From positions 8,255-72,254 of the forward strand of contig JAKLFC010000011.1 in NCBI GenBank assembly GCA_022711405.1: DNA of 64,000 nt. Direction: 5' to 3'. Numbering within the stretch: the first letter of the stretch is position 1; every line of letters begins with the position of its first letter. Positions 26,101 to 36,086 of the stretch are shown here, in pieces. The notes below the pieces were generated by a model. It saw only the letters and a list, made by a program, of their open reading frames with translations, was not told the DNA's origin and ran no database searches. Origin of the DNA: Bacteroidota bacterium (GTDB lineage Bacteria > Bacteroidota > Bacteroidia > Bacteroidales > JAGONC01). Both the position numbers and the translations under genes were made by a program.

Positions 26101-27111
26101 CAGATAGTTATGAAGCAGATGCCGGCTGTATTTAGGTTGATCCGGAGAGGATTTGTATTTATCCAGGATCGTCTGATCGGAAAGGGTCTTCTTCAGGATT
26201 GCTTTTCCTTTGAGGCTGTTCAGGTATCCGGCGATCAATTCAGACAGGTTGTGTAACAGTTCACGTTCTTCCTTCAGGAAAGGGCCCTCATCAGAGCGGG
26301 GGAAATCCTTCAGGTAAAAGATCTCGATGGATCCTTCCTGGTTGTCGATGGTAAGAAATGGTTGCCGTTGGGTCCATCCTGTTTCCCGGAAATTGGGAGA
26401 GGTGAATTCCATGCCGGCGAAGCGGATCCTTGCGACGGTGAATTCAGGATACTGCCAGGCCTGGGGGAGGATCATGACGATCTGGGAGAGCGAATCCTCA
26501 ATGGGTTTGCCCTCTTTAAGAATACCCGTTGTCCGGTTGATACAGGCCATCTCCTTCAGTCGTTCCCTTGTCTCATAGGCGTTTTCCAGACCCTTCACGC
26601 TGTTGAGGTAGCCCACCAGGATACCGCTGACGTTGATGATCAGATCGCGCTCCTCTTTAAGAAAGGGACCTTCATCCGACTGGGGGAACTCTTTAAGGTA
26701 GTGTACCTCAATGGATCCCCTTTTTCCGTCAATGGTTTCAAAATCCTGCTTCTGTGCCCACGGAGTTTCTTCAAAGTCAACACTGTGATAATAGTGCTTG
26801 TCATAAATGATCCTTACCACGGTGTATTCAGGATACTGCCAGGCATCCTCGAGAATGAGGCATACCCCGTTCAGTGTTTCCTCCAGCGGACGGTTGGAAC
26901 GAATCAGGGCGATCGTTTTGTTGATGGCAGTCAGTTCCTTGATCCGCTCCTGCTTCTCGGCCAGCAGTTTTCTGAACTGTTCAGGATCAATCTGGATATT
27001 CTTCACCACAGATGGCTTCTGTTCGCTCATGATCTTTTTTTTATCAAAAATAGAGGACTTTGACCTATCCTTTATCGGTCGACAAAAAATATCATTTTTT
27101 TTCTGACTCAT
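23164..27111 (-). CDS. Large paralogue of the 3577-6552 protein: two tandem N-terminal sensor-like repeats + pseudo-receiver + receiver + PPDK_N-type ATP-grasp
   Basis: 1315 aa. Collinear with the 991-aa protein: IILLVEDSPKYYSRYLP vs IILVEDSIRFYSSYLP; LITDMKF vs IITDVSY; GGKGRGLAFI; AVRSSGLFEDS..FAGIFETY; GPGRWGTRDRWIGIPVNWPQIS vs GPGRWGSADPWLGIPVKWPQIS. The start could instead be the internal MSEQKP. Confidence 0.75.
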   Translation of the reverse strand: MSQKKNDIFCRPIKDRSKSSIFDKKKIMSEQKPSVVKNIQIDPEQFRKLLAEKQERIKELTAINKTIALIRSNRPLEETLNGVCLILEDAWQYPEYTVVRIIYDKHYYHSVDFEETPWAQKQDFETIDGKRGSIEVHYLKEFPQSDEGPFLKEERDLIINVSGILVGYLNSVKGLENAYETRERLKEMACINRTTGILKEGKPIEDSLSQIVMILPQAWQYPEFTVARIRFAGMEFTSPNFRETGWTQRQPFLTIDNQEGSIEIFYLKDFPRSDEGPFLKEERELLHNLSELIAGYLNSLKGKAILKKTLSDQTILDKYKSSPDQPKYSRHLLHNYLTHSNINRDIYHDLMPFKVKEILLVASLYDAYNIEKEGKFAEYVLGEFQQLNLTSIPRITGVSTIDEAMEQLRKKHFDLVILMIGVDKTTPIELSCLVKREFPYIPVFLLLNNDKDLALFEDNQDLTRCIDNLFVWNGESKMFFAMVKYLEDKINVANDTEVGLVRIILLVEDSPKYYSRYLPLLYHIVMEQTRQIITDVSSDELYKVLKLRVRPKILLATSYEQAMLIVSKYSDHMLCLITDMKFDKQGIPLENAGVEIIQQIRRELPRLPVILQSSERENEKTAYELKVTYIDKNSDSLLQDLKSFITHYLGFGSFFFRDNEGNQIGVAQSLKEFEKQLRTIPGDSLLYHARHDHFSLWLMARGEIQAARILHPKKVDEFKSVEHIRQYLLSVIQQFRDEQNKGKVVPFEESAITDETNVVSLSAGSLGGKGRGLAFINTLIYNFDFTGSVPNINIKTPITSVIGTEEFEYFMIRNKLYERILNIEDYEEIKKWFLKGHLTETLIKRLKTYLKLINRPLAVRSSGLFEDSLMQPFAGIFETYLLPNNHPDPNERLTQLMDAIKLVFASVFSPVARGYIHSINYKLEEEKMAVVLQEVVGNRYEDAYYPHISGVAQSYNYYPFSYMKPEEGFAVLALGLGKYVVEGEKAHRFSPKYPNVEINTPKAQFQNSQLEFFAVDMKKRKINLMEGDTAGLVRLEIDAAERHGTLSHCASVYNVENNTIMPGLSKPGPRIVNFADILKYNYIPLAQTIGVTLDVVKEALGSPVEIEFAVDLNKDRDYKASFYLLQIKPLLGSSQDYNVDMDEISRESILLYTEKGMGNGMISTIYDVIYVDRNLFDKSKTVEMAAEIEQLNRQMGQEGKKYVLIGPGRWGTRDRWIGIPVNWPQISNAKIIVETSLEGFPLDASSGSHFFHNVTSMNVGYFSIQDDNPRTFIRWDVLDQQPQVLKARFFRHVRFEKPLMIKMDGKKRISVITWQ

Positions 27112-27147
27112 GGAAGATTTTAGTTAATATTGCTCGCCTTTTTCTGA

Positions 27148-28530
<1,383 letters not shown>

Positions 28531-28552
28531 TTTGACCCCACACCTGTACCTG

Positions 28553-28580
28553 CCGGATCCCCGCGAAAGCGGGGATCCGG
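28553..28580. terminator. Perfect 12-bp stem / GAAA loop hairpin between convergent gdhA and the DUF4340 gene
   Basis: CCGGATCCCCGC-GAAA-GCGGGGATCCGG. There is no T-tract on either side, so a terminator role is inferred from position only. Confidence 0.45.
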
Positions 28581-28591
28581 AGGAGAGGTCT

Positions 28592-29638
28592 TTATCGGTA
28601 GTACGGTAGCGGCCGGGTGATCCGGTCAAAAACAAAGTACTGGATCAGTACATGGTCCTGCCCGTCATTGATGACCGCATAGAGCCGGTCCCTGTCAAAG
28701 ATGACAGGATTTCCATCCAGATCGATCTCACCCGGTAAGCCGGGTTTGCGGTACGTTTTTGCCACCTGTTGCCGGCCATCTTTCCGGGCAACCGTGATGA
28801 TATGCAGCGGCGAACCTGCAAATACCGTGTCTTGTCTCTGCGGATCCATGTCGTTGACCAGTGCCTCAAAACGGATATTCATGAACGATGTCACAAAGTC
28901 AAGCACACGGACCGTGTCATAGGCCGGTATCTCTATGCTGTCATTCAGTGAAAAAAGCCGGAATGAAGCAGGAGCCTCCTGGGTTATCCTGTAGGAATAG
29001 TCAGGTTGTGCAGGGAATTCTACCGAAATCCAGGCGATCTCCTGCAAGGGAATGGTAAAAATGGAATGGTCACGCCAGTCACTTTCAATGGTCCTGTAAC
29101 GTGATTGGACAAATCCGCGAAAGCCTGGCATATAAACGATATACGGAACCTTTGAGCCTTCCATCAGCATATACGTGCCAATGTTGCTTTGCGTGACATG
29201 ACCCACATAGTAGGTCCTGACATTCTTTTCATGCGGGAAGAGCCTGATCTTCCTGAAGAGCTTTATCCGGGGCACTTTCTGGTAGATCTCTACCTTGACC
29301 GAATTGGCCGCCAGTAGTTTGATGACCGTATTGTGGGCCGCCTCCGATACCGGCTCAAGGATGGCCAGGTTGAGCATGGTCTTCAGCAGCAGATCAACAC
29401 TTTCCTTCTGGGCCATGAATTTTCCGTTGAGATCCCATCCACCCTCCGGATTGCGTTCCAGCAATATGTTACGGTTGCTTTTATCCGAAAGGAAGATCTT
29501 TGTCACCGAACTGGTGTCACTGATGGCAAAAGAGGCCGTCTCCCTGCGGAGAGTGCTCCTGGAAGAGGTAATCACCAGAAAAGCGGCAAATGCGGCCAGA
29601 AGAATGATGAGAACAGTATATATCAGGTTTTTTTTCAT
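28592..29638 (-). CDS. DUF4340 domain protein (GldG-associated)
   Basis: 348 aa. N-terminal TM anchor LIYTVLIILLAAFAAFLVI. 4 bp downstream of the gldF-gldG ORF, the usual genomic partner. Confidence 0.65.
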   Translation of the reverse strand: MKKNLIYTVLIILLAAFAAFLVITSSRSTLRRETASFAISDTSSVTKIFLSDKSNRNILLERNPEGGWDLNGKFMAQKESVDLLLKTMLNLAILEPVSEAAHNTVIKLLAANSVKVEIYQKVPRIKLFRKIRLFPHEKNVRTYYVGHVTQSNIGTYMLMEGSKVPYIVYMPGFRGFVQSRYRTIESDWRDHSIFTIPLQEIAWISVEFPAQPDYSYRITQEAPASFRLFSLNDSIEIPAYDTVRVLDFVTSFMNIRFEALVNDMDPQRQDTVFAGSPLHIITVARKDGRQQVAKTYRKPGLPGEIDLDGNPVIFDRDRLYAVINDGQDHVLIQYFVFDRITRPLPYYR

Positions 29639-29642
29639 GAAT

Positions 29643-32228
29643 TTAAGTCAAGGAACGTGATCGTATGGCATGTACATACCGATGCTTTCGCCGGTACATT
29701 CTTATAAGGGCGTATAACAGGATCAGTACCACCGGGAGTACCGTATTGGTCACCTGGATCAGCGTCCGGTGGGAGGTCAGCTTTGTTTTATCCAGCAGCC
29801 TTAGCCTCACCTCTTTGGACCTGGCTGCGATCAGGCCTGAATCATCGCATAGATAGTTGACTGCATTGAGGATGAAATCACGATTCCCGAAGTGCTGCCT
29901 TGTGTACTGGTCAAAGCCGAGAGGCAGGGGATATCCCTGCGAAACATGCAGCTGATTGCGGATGATGTCTCCGTCGGCCACAACGATCATTCCTGTTGGC
30001 GGGCTTTTTTCCCTGAAACCTATTAAAGGACTGTTCTGGATCTGGGGAGGAACCCTGTTTTTATAGAGGGACTCAAATGTTCCTTCCAGTAGCACAGCAA
30101 CAGGCACATGGGCTGTCCTGTACAGGAGTCGATCCGGTTCTTCCTGGCAGATGCGCAGATCGATCAGCACAGGGGTCTGCATTATCCTTGAATAGGGTGA
30201 GGTCTCCAGCAGAATGGTTTTCCTGATCCCTTCCGCCTCCACGGTATCGAGGCTGCTGATAAAATTAGTCATGAGCGCATTCAGGTTCCTTACTACAGGA
30301 TGGCTGGAAGTCGGAAAGATGATTGGAAAATAATACCAGGGAACAAATCCGATCTGGGGCTGGTCGCCGATCATGCCTGTCACCATTCGTATGGGCAGCG
30401 CGTTGAGATCAAGGATCAGGTCGGGATTCAGACGGACACCGTATTTGAAGAGCATATCCTGGAGGTTCAGGTCGCGGGCCAGGCCCAGGGTCGTCGGTGA
30501 AGCAACCAGGCTGTCCATGGTGGCGTTCACCGGATCGATCAGCCACAGGACCTTGCCACCCTGCATGATGAACTGATCGATGATGAACTTGTCCTTCTCG
30601 CTGAAGGCAGTTTCCGGTTGCGCAATGAGGATGGCGGCATATTTGTTCCGGATGGCGATCGTCCCGTCGTTGGCCGTATCCCGCAGAGCCAACGCAAAAA
30701 TCCGTTCATCCAGGCTGATACGTTCTACCTTATAGTACTCACTGAGGGATGCAGTGATGTCGTACACATCGGTCTCCTTCAGCTCGCCGTGACCTTCAAT
30801 GAAGGCCAGCGCAGGCTTTGTACGGAGCGTAAGTTTGTGGATCATGCTGGAAATGTTGTATTCCAGCGACTGCACCGAATGGTTGAGGATCTCTTCGGGT
30901 GTCTGATTGATCTGACTTTGCAGCAACTCCAGGGGCAGTTCGGTTTGCCGGTAAGATACGATAGCCCCGGGGAAGATGATCTGCTGACTCGAACCGTCAC
31001 TCGTCTTCACCATCAGATCGGTGGGATTCAATCCCTTTCGTATCAGCTCTTCCTGCCGGGCTTTTACTTCCGATGGGGTTGCAGCATCAGAGGGATTGAT
31101 GAATTCGTACTGGATCCTGGAAGAATAGGCCCTGAACTCATCCAGCATCTCTTTAGTCGCATTTCTCAACCGTTTGAATCCGGCAGGAAAATCCCCGTCA
31201 AGGTAAACCTTGAAATAAACGATATCGTCCAGATCGTTCAGCAGTTCCTTGGTGGGTTGCGATAAGGAGTAGCGTTTCCCGGAGGTCAGGTCGATCCGGG
31301 TGAATACATAAGAACTGATCAGATTGACCACAAGGATCATGATCAACCCCATCCCGAAAGATAAAAGGTCGCTCCTTCTGACGTTTAATCTCTCCTCCCC
31401 TGGTTCTTTACCCTGCCGATATGACTTCTGACTTCTGACTTCTGACTGTTGACTGCCTCCCGCCTCCCACCTCCGGCTCTTGATCACAAGAAGGGTCAGC
31501 ATGAGGAACACAAAGACCAGGCTCAGAAAATAGAACAGGTCGCGGGTGTCGATCACTCCGCGGCTGATGGAGGCATAGTGCGACTGGATCCCCAGGGTCT
31601 GGATGAAAAGATCGAAACGTCCAAAAAGCTCCAGCGAATAGATCAGCTCAAAACCGATATAGGCGAAACCGCATATCAGCACAGCCACGACAAAGGCAAC
31701 GATCTGATTGTCGGTGATGGACGAGGCAAAGAGCCCGATCGCCACAAAACCGGCTCCCAAAAAGAGCAGTCCCAGATAAGAACCCCATGTGCCTCCCATG
31801 TCCAGGTTACCGGCAGGCTGGCCGAGCATGTATACCGACAGGAGGTAGATCAGCGTGGGCAGCAGGGAGAAGGCCACCAACAGAAAGCCGGCAAGGAACT
31901 TGGCAAACAGGATCTGGAAATCCGTCAGGGGTTTGGTGAGGATCATTTCAATGGTGCCGCTGCGCTTTTCTTCCGCAAACGACCGCATGGTAATGGCAGG
32001 GATGAGAAAGAGAAAAACAAAGGGCGCAACGACAAACAAACTGTCAAGCGTTGCATAGCCAAAGTCCGGAATATTAAAATCGCCCGGGAAAACCCATAGA
32101 AACAGACCGGTCACCAGGAGAAATACAATGATCACCACGTAACCGATCAGTGAATTTAAAAAACTGTTGATTTCTTTCCGGAGCAATGCGATCATCGGTT
32201 CAAACCAGTTTATTACAAGGGAAGACAA
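29643..32228 (-). CDS. gldF/gldG: GldF-like ABC-2 permease fused in frame to GldG-like ABC auxiliary protein
   Basis: 861-aa continuous ORF; the likely start is ATG 32195 (MIALLRKEINSF). The first ~250 aa form a six-TM ABC-2 permease (FAEEKRSGTIEMILTKP). From ~aa 290 it is GldG-like (FTRIDLTSGKRYSLSQPTKELLNDLDDIVYFKVYLDGDFP). The linker is encoded by 7-bp repeats. Confidence 0.7.
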   Translation of the reverse strand: MSSLVINWFEPMIALLRKEINSFLNSLIGYVVIIVFLLVTGLFLWVFPGDFNIPDFGYATLDSLFVVAPFVFLFLIPAITMRSFAEEKRSGTIEMILTKPLTDFQILFAKFLAGFLLVAFSLLPTLIYLLSVYMLGQPAGNLDMGGTWGSYLGLLFLGAGFVAIGLFASSITDNQIVAFVVAVLICGFAYIGFELIYSLELFGRFDLFIQTLGIQSHYASISRGVIDTRDLFYFLSLVFVFLMLTLLVIKSRRWEAGGSQQSEVRSQKSYRQGKEPGEERLNVRRSDLLSFGMGLIMILVVNLISSYVFTRIDLTSGKRYSLSQPTKELLNDLDDIVYFKVYLDGDFPAGFKRLRNATKEMLDEFRAYSSRIQYEFINPSDAATPSEVKARQEELIRKGLNPTDLMVKTSDGSSQQIIFPGAIVSYRQTELPLELLQSQINQTPEEILNHSVQSLEYNISSMIHKLTLRTKPALAFIEGHGELKETDVYDITASLSEYYKVERISLDERIFALALRDTANDGTIAIRNKYAAILIAQPETAFSEKDKFIIDQFIMQGGKVLWLIDPVNATMDSLVASPTTLGLARDLNLQDMLFKYGVRLNPDLILDLNALPIRMVTGMIGDQPQIGFVPWYYFPIIFPTSSHPVVRNLNALMTNFISSLDTVEAEGIRKTILLETSPYSRIMQTPVLIDLRICQEEPDRLLYRTAHVPVAVLLEGTFESLYKNRVPPQIQNSPLIGFREKSPPTGMIVVADGDIIRNQLHVSQGYPLPLGFDQYTRQHFGNRDFILNAVNYLCDDSGLIAARSKEVRLRLLDKTKLTSHRTLIQVTNTVLPVVLILLYALIRMYRRKHRYVHAIRSRSLT
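31423..31457 (-). repeat. Heptanucleotide array inside the CDS at the GldF/GldG joint: (AGAAGTC)x3 plus AACAGTC and GGCAGTC on the coding strand
   Basis: The plus strand reads GACTTCT GACTTCT GACTTCT GACTGTT GACTGCC. It encodes ...GGSQQSEVRSQKS... Confidence 0.9.
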
Positions 32229-32320
32229 AAATAATTATTTTCCGGTTATACTTTTTGCTAATTTCGCCTTTCGGAGGATTACCCCACCCACTGGCCTTCT
32301 CAATCAGCAAGAAATTGAAT

Positions 32321-33223
32321 ATGCGGCTTAAACCATGGATAGTACTGGTGCCTTTCATGATATGGCCTGTAAGTTATCTGCACGCACAGCAGCATTCAAC
32401 TTCTTTCCGTATCGATGTGGGCTACTATGCGGGTTTTGCAGGCGGAGAGCTTGGAACGAATACCAGTTCGACTGCTGATATGCACCGGTCGGAATTGATC
32501 ATCGGATCGGTTGGCAGAGGATTCAGCTTTTCAGCCTCGGGATCCTATTTCCTTGAAAAGAACCTCAGCATTGAGCTGGGCTATCAGTTTATGCTAAGCC
32601 CTGACATACTTTTTGAAAAAGTTGATGAGCCTGATTATTACACGGAGTCCATTGCCAGGATCACCTCACATTATGTAAAAATAGGTCCGGCCTTGTACAT
32701 GCCCTTGAAAAGATCCGATCTCACACTCTCAGGCAGGTTTGGTATTCTGATGCCGCCGGGAAGGTATTTTACCATCGAATCCAGTTCTTCGATCAATTAT
32801 GAACAGTTTGACTATGCCCAGGCGACCTGGAAGACAGAAAAGTACACGTTTCTTTTTTCCCCGGGATTTTATGCATCCCTGGATGCCGCTTACCCCATCG
32901 GGAAAAAAGTATCTCTTTATGGTGAAGTGGCGATACAGCTGGCTTCTGTCACTTATAAATCCTCTGAGATCATCAGGTATAAATCGGTGACCAACGACCT
33001 GATGAATGAGTATTCCTATGGCCTGTACAACCTGACGACGGCAGAACGGTATTCAGCGTATCTGAAAGAGCTCACCGATAAAAACAACATTCCGACTTCA
33101 CCGGATTTTGATGAGACTCAACCAACGGATAGGTTAACACGGCGGTTATCAGCCAGCAGTGTCGGCATCAATATAGGCATCGCCTATTCGGTCAGATGGA
33201 AGGATTTGATACACAAGAAATGA
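32321..33223 (+). CDS. Putative outer-membrane beta-barrel protein (unknown function)
   Basis: I prefer ATG 32321 (MRLKPWIVLVPFMIWPVSYLHAQQ, a signal peptide). Alternating-hydrophobicity strands such as FRIDVGYYAGFAGG and LSIELGYQFML. Confidence 0.5.
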   Translation: MRLKPWIVLVPFMIWPVSYLHAQQHSTSFRIDVGYYAGFAGGELGTNTSSTADMHRSELIIGSVGRGFSFSASGSYFLEKNLSIELGYQFMLSPDILFEKVDEPDYYTESIARITSHYVKIGPALYMPLKRSDLTLSGRFGILMPPGRYFTIESSSSINYEQFDYAQATWKTEKYTFLFSPGFYASLDAAYPIGKKVSLYGEVAIQLASVTYKSSEIIRYKSVTNDLMNEYSYGLYNLTTAERYSAYLKELTDKNNIPTSPDFDETQPTDRLTRRLSASSVGINIGIAYSVRWKDLIHKK

Positions 33224-33232
33224 GACGGTAGC

Positions 33233-34015
33233 CTATTCGTTGAATTCGATCCTTACCGGATCGTCGACCTCCATTCCCAGCAGGCTGCTGGCATTTCCCC
33301 TGTTCATGGCGATCTCCAGCAATCCGGAGGTCCCGAAAATGGCCAGCATTTCCCCTTCCGGCACATCGCTGTAGGAGGTGCTGATGGCTTGGACGGAATA
33401 CTGGGGATTACGGAAAGTGATCGTAAAACGGTTCCCTTTGCCCACCGACCGGAACAGATAATGACTGATATTGGTGATCAGATTCTCGTAAACATCCACG
33501 TAGATCACTTTTCCCTTGATGACCTGTCCATCCGCAACAGGCTGGAAGGAGATCATCCGGGTAAGGGCGGGCCGCGGACCACCCAACTCATCGATCGGTT
33601 TACCCGTCAGAATGTGAACCGCTACCTTGGCAAAAACATCCCGCTCCGAGAATGTAAAATAATCGGAGTCCTGTATGACGTCGATCTCAATGATCCTGTC
33701 CGGATCGTGGTCAAAGATCAGTGAAAAGATGCCGTTATCTGCCCCGATAAAAAAATGCCCCTCATAAAGAACAAGGGTATGCGGGGTTTCGATCGAAGCC
33801 TCCGTATTGATCCCGATCAGGTGAACGGTCCCGGCAGGGAAGCTCCGGAAACTGTTCCGCACAACAAACGACGCCTGATTCATATCAAAGGGCGTTATCT
33901 GATGTGAAATATCCACGATCGTAACATCCGGAAGCTGCGACAGCATCGTGCCTTTGACACTCGCAAGGTAAGGATCTTTCAAACCCCAGTCACTCGTGAT
34001 CGTTATAATGGCCAT
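33233..34015 (-). CDS. SAM hydrolase / SAM-dependent halogenase family protein (DUF62)
   Basis: 260 aa. MAIITITSDWGLKDPYLASVKG...IVDISHQI is characteristic of S-adenosyl-L-methionine hydroxide adenosyltransferases. Confidence 0.75.
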   Translation of the reverse strand: MAIITITSDWGLKDPYLASVKGTMLSQLPDVTIVDISHQITPFDMNQASFVVRNSFRSFPAGTVHLIGINTEASIETPHTLVLYEGHFFIGADNGIFSLIFDHDPDRIIEIDVIQDSDYFTFSERDVFAKVAVHILTGKPIDELGGPRPALTRMISFQPVADGQVIKGKVIYVDVYENLITNISHYLFRSVGKGNRFTITFRNPQYSVQAISTSYSDVPEGEMLAIFGTSGLLEIAMNRGNASSLLGMEVDDPVRIEFNE

Positions 34016-34113
34016 AAGCAGATATCGGAAAAGATTCCCTTACGTTTGACGATTTAAGCTATTTTTGTGCACTTCAAAATTACAAATTTGATCTGAACAC
34101 TTCAGTTTTTAAA

Positions 34114-34121
34114 TAACTTTG
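34114..34121 (+). promoter_or_regulatory. -7 box TAACTTTG upstream of phoH
   Basis: The box ends 19 nt before ATG 34141. Further matches are TACGTTTG (34041-34048) and TATTTTTG (34060-34067). Confidence 0.35.
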
Positions 34122-34140
34122 ATCAGATTTATCCAGTGAT

Positions 34141-35091
34141 ATGACCGAAAAGACCTTCAGCATCGAATCCTACAATGCCGTTGATATCTATGGAGTCAAT
34201 GACCGCAATGTACAAATGATCAGGGATGGATTTCCGCTTCTGAAATTTGTAATACGGGGCGATACGGTCAGGGTGATTGGGGAAGATAGCGAAATTGAAC
34301 AATTTGGGAAGAAATTTTCATTGATGCTCATGCATTATGATAAATTTGGTAAGCTGACGGAAAACGATGTGGAACAGATCATCGGACAGCCGGAGGACAC
34401 CGGATTTTATGCGGTCAGTGAGACCGGCAGCGACATCCTGCTGCATGGCCGGCAGGGCAACCTGATCAAGGCCAGGACGATGAATCAGCAGAAGCTGGTG
34501 GAAAGTACCCTGAAAAATGACCTGGTGTTTGCCATCGGGCCCGCCGGAACCGGCAAGACCTATACAGCAGTGGCCCTGGCCGTGAGGGCATTGAAGAACA
34601 AAGAGGTCAAGCGGATCATCCTGACACGCCCAGCCGTGGAAGCCGGTGAGAACCTCGGATTTTTGCCCGGCGATCTCAAGGATAAACTGGATCCCTACCT
34701 CCAACCGCTCTACGACGCCCTCCGCGATATGATACCTACACAGAAACTGCTTTCCTACATGGAAGACGGCACCATCGAGATCGCTCCTATCGCCTTCATG
34801 CGCGGCCGGACCCTTGATAACGTCTTCGCCATCCTCGACGAAGCCCAGAATGCCACCATCCCCCAGATGAAAATGTTTCTCACCCGAATGGGTAAAGCCG
34901 CCAAATTTATCGTCACAGGAGATATCACACAGATCGACCTGCCAAAAAACCAGCAGTCGGGTCTGGTGCATGCTTCCCAGATCCTCCAGGACATACCCGG
35001 GATTGGTTTTGTGCTCCTCGACGAAACAGACATCATCCGTCATAAACTGGTATCCCGTGTTCTGAACGCCTATCACCAACACAGGGAATGA
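34141..35091 (+). CDS. phoH: PhoH family ATPase
   Basis: 316 aa. Walker A GPAGTGKTYTAVALAV. ILDEAQN Walker B region. Confidence 0.85.
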   Translation: MTEKTFSIESYNAVDIYGVNDRNVQMIRDGFPLLKFVIRGDTVRVIGEDSEIEQFGKKFSLMLMHYDKFGKLTENDVEQIIGQPEDTGFYAVSETGSDILLHGRQGNLIKARTMNQQKLVESTLKNDLVFAIGPAGTGKTYTAVALAVRALKNKEVKRIILTRPAVEAGENLGFLPGDLKDKLDPYLQPLYDALRDMIPTQKLLSYMEDGTIEIAPIAFMRGRTLDNVFAILDEAQNATIPQMKMFLTRMGKAAKFIVTGDITQIDLPKNQQSGLVHASQILQDIPGIGFVLLDETDIIRHKLVSRVLNAYHQHRE

Positions 35092-35129
35092 AGAACTTCT
35101 GACAAAACTTCCAACAAATCCGCTCTGCT

Positions 35130-36083
35130 ATGAAAAACGCCGTGGTTGAAACCAATTTTTCTTTTCCCGGACAGACAAATCTCTACAAAGGGAAGGTCAG
35201 GGATGTATATACACTTGATGATCAGTATTTACTCATGATCACAACCGACCGGATATCCGCCTTCGATGTGGTACTGCCAAGAGGTATACCCTTCAAGGGT
35301 CAGGTGCTCAACATGATTGCCTCAAAATTTCTTGACGCCACCGAGGATATTGTACCGAACTGGAAGATCGCCGTGCCTGATCCCATGGTTACCTTTGGAC
35401 GCAGATGCGAACCTTTCAAGGTGGAAATGGTCATCCGGGGATACCTCTCAGGACACGCCTGGAGAGAGTATCAACAGGGCAAAAGAAGACTGTGCGGTGT
35501 GCCGATGCCCGACGGGATGAAGGAAAACCAGCGCTTCATGTCACCTGCCATCACCCCGACAACAAAGGCCATCATAGGTCATGATGAAGATGTTTCCAGG
35601 GAAGAGATCATCTCCTCCGGCCTGGTCGGCAGAGAGGATTATCAAAGGCTCGAAACCATGACATATGCCCTCTTCGAAAGAGGCACACGGATGGCTGAGA
35701 ACATGGGCCTGATCCTGGTAGATACCAAATACGAATTTGGAAAGATCGATGACCAGATCTACCTCATTGATGAGATTCACACACCGGATTCTTCAAGGTA
35801 TTTCTATAAGGATGGATATGAAGAACGACTGGCAAACAATGAACCCCAGAGGCAGCTTTCCAAGGAGTTTGTCAGGGAATGGCTCATGCAGAATGGATTT
35901 CAGGGTAAAGACGGTCAGCAGATACCCATGATGGACGATGATTTCGTGCACCAGGTCTCGGAACGATACATCGAATTGTACGAGATCATCACCGGTGAGA
36001 AATTCGAACAGAGTGACATTTCCGATGTGGTGAAAAGAGTGGAAGGAAACACCCGGAAATTCCTGCAGGCTTATTTAAGATAG
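35130..36083 (+). CDS. purC: Phosphoribosylaminoimidazole-succinocarboxamide (SAICAR) synthase
   Basis: 317 aa. [10 protein letters not shown]...TDRISAFD...LVDTKYEFG. Confidence 0.85.
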   Translation: MKNAVVETNFSFPGQTNLYKGKVRDVYTLDDQYLLMITTDRISAFDVVLPRGIPFKGQVLNMIASKFLDATEDIVPNWKIAVPDPMVTFGRRCEPFKVEMVIRGYLSGHAWREYQQGKRRLCGVPMPDGMKENQRFMSPAITPTTKAIIGHDEDVSREEIISSGLVGREDYQRLETMTYALFERGTRMAENMGLILVDTKYEFGKIDDQIYLIDEIHTPDSSRYFYKDGYEERLANNEPQRQLSKEFVREWLMQNGFQGKDGQQIPMMDDDFVHQVSERYIELYEIITGEKFEQSDISDVVKRVEGNTRKFLQAYLR

Positions 36084-36086
36084 CTC

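Noticed and set aside
29643-32228. Treating the gldF-gldG fusion as a definite sequencing or assembly error (pseudogene call)
   Set aside because: The frame is open across the joint and both halves look intact, so I keep it as a CDS. A repeat-number error cannot be excluded and is flagged in the findings instead.
34318-35082. 254-aa minus-strand ORF antisense to phoH, and 41284-41949 antisense to the TonB-dependent receptor gene
   Set aside because: These are shadow ORFs. The sense strands carry Walker A/B and TonB plug motifs respectively.
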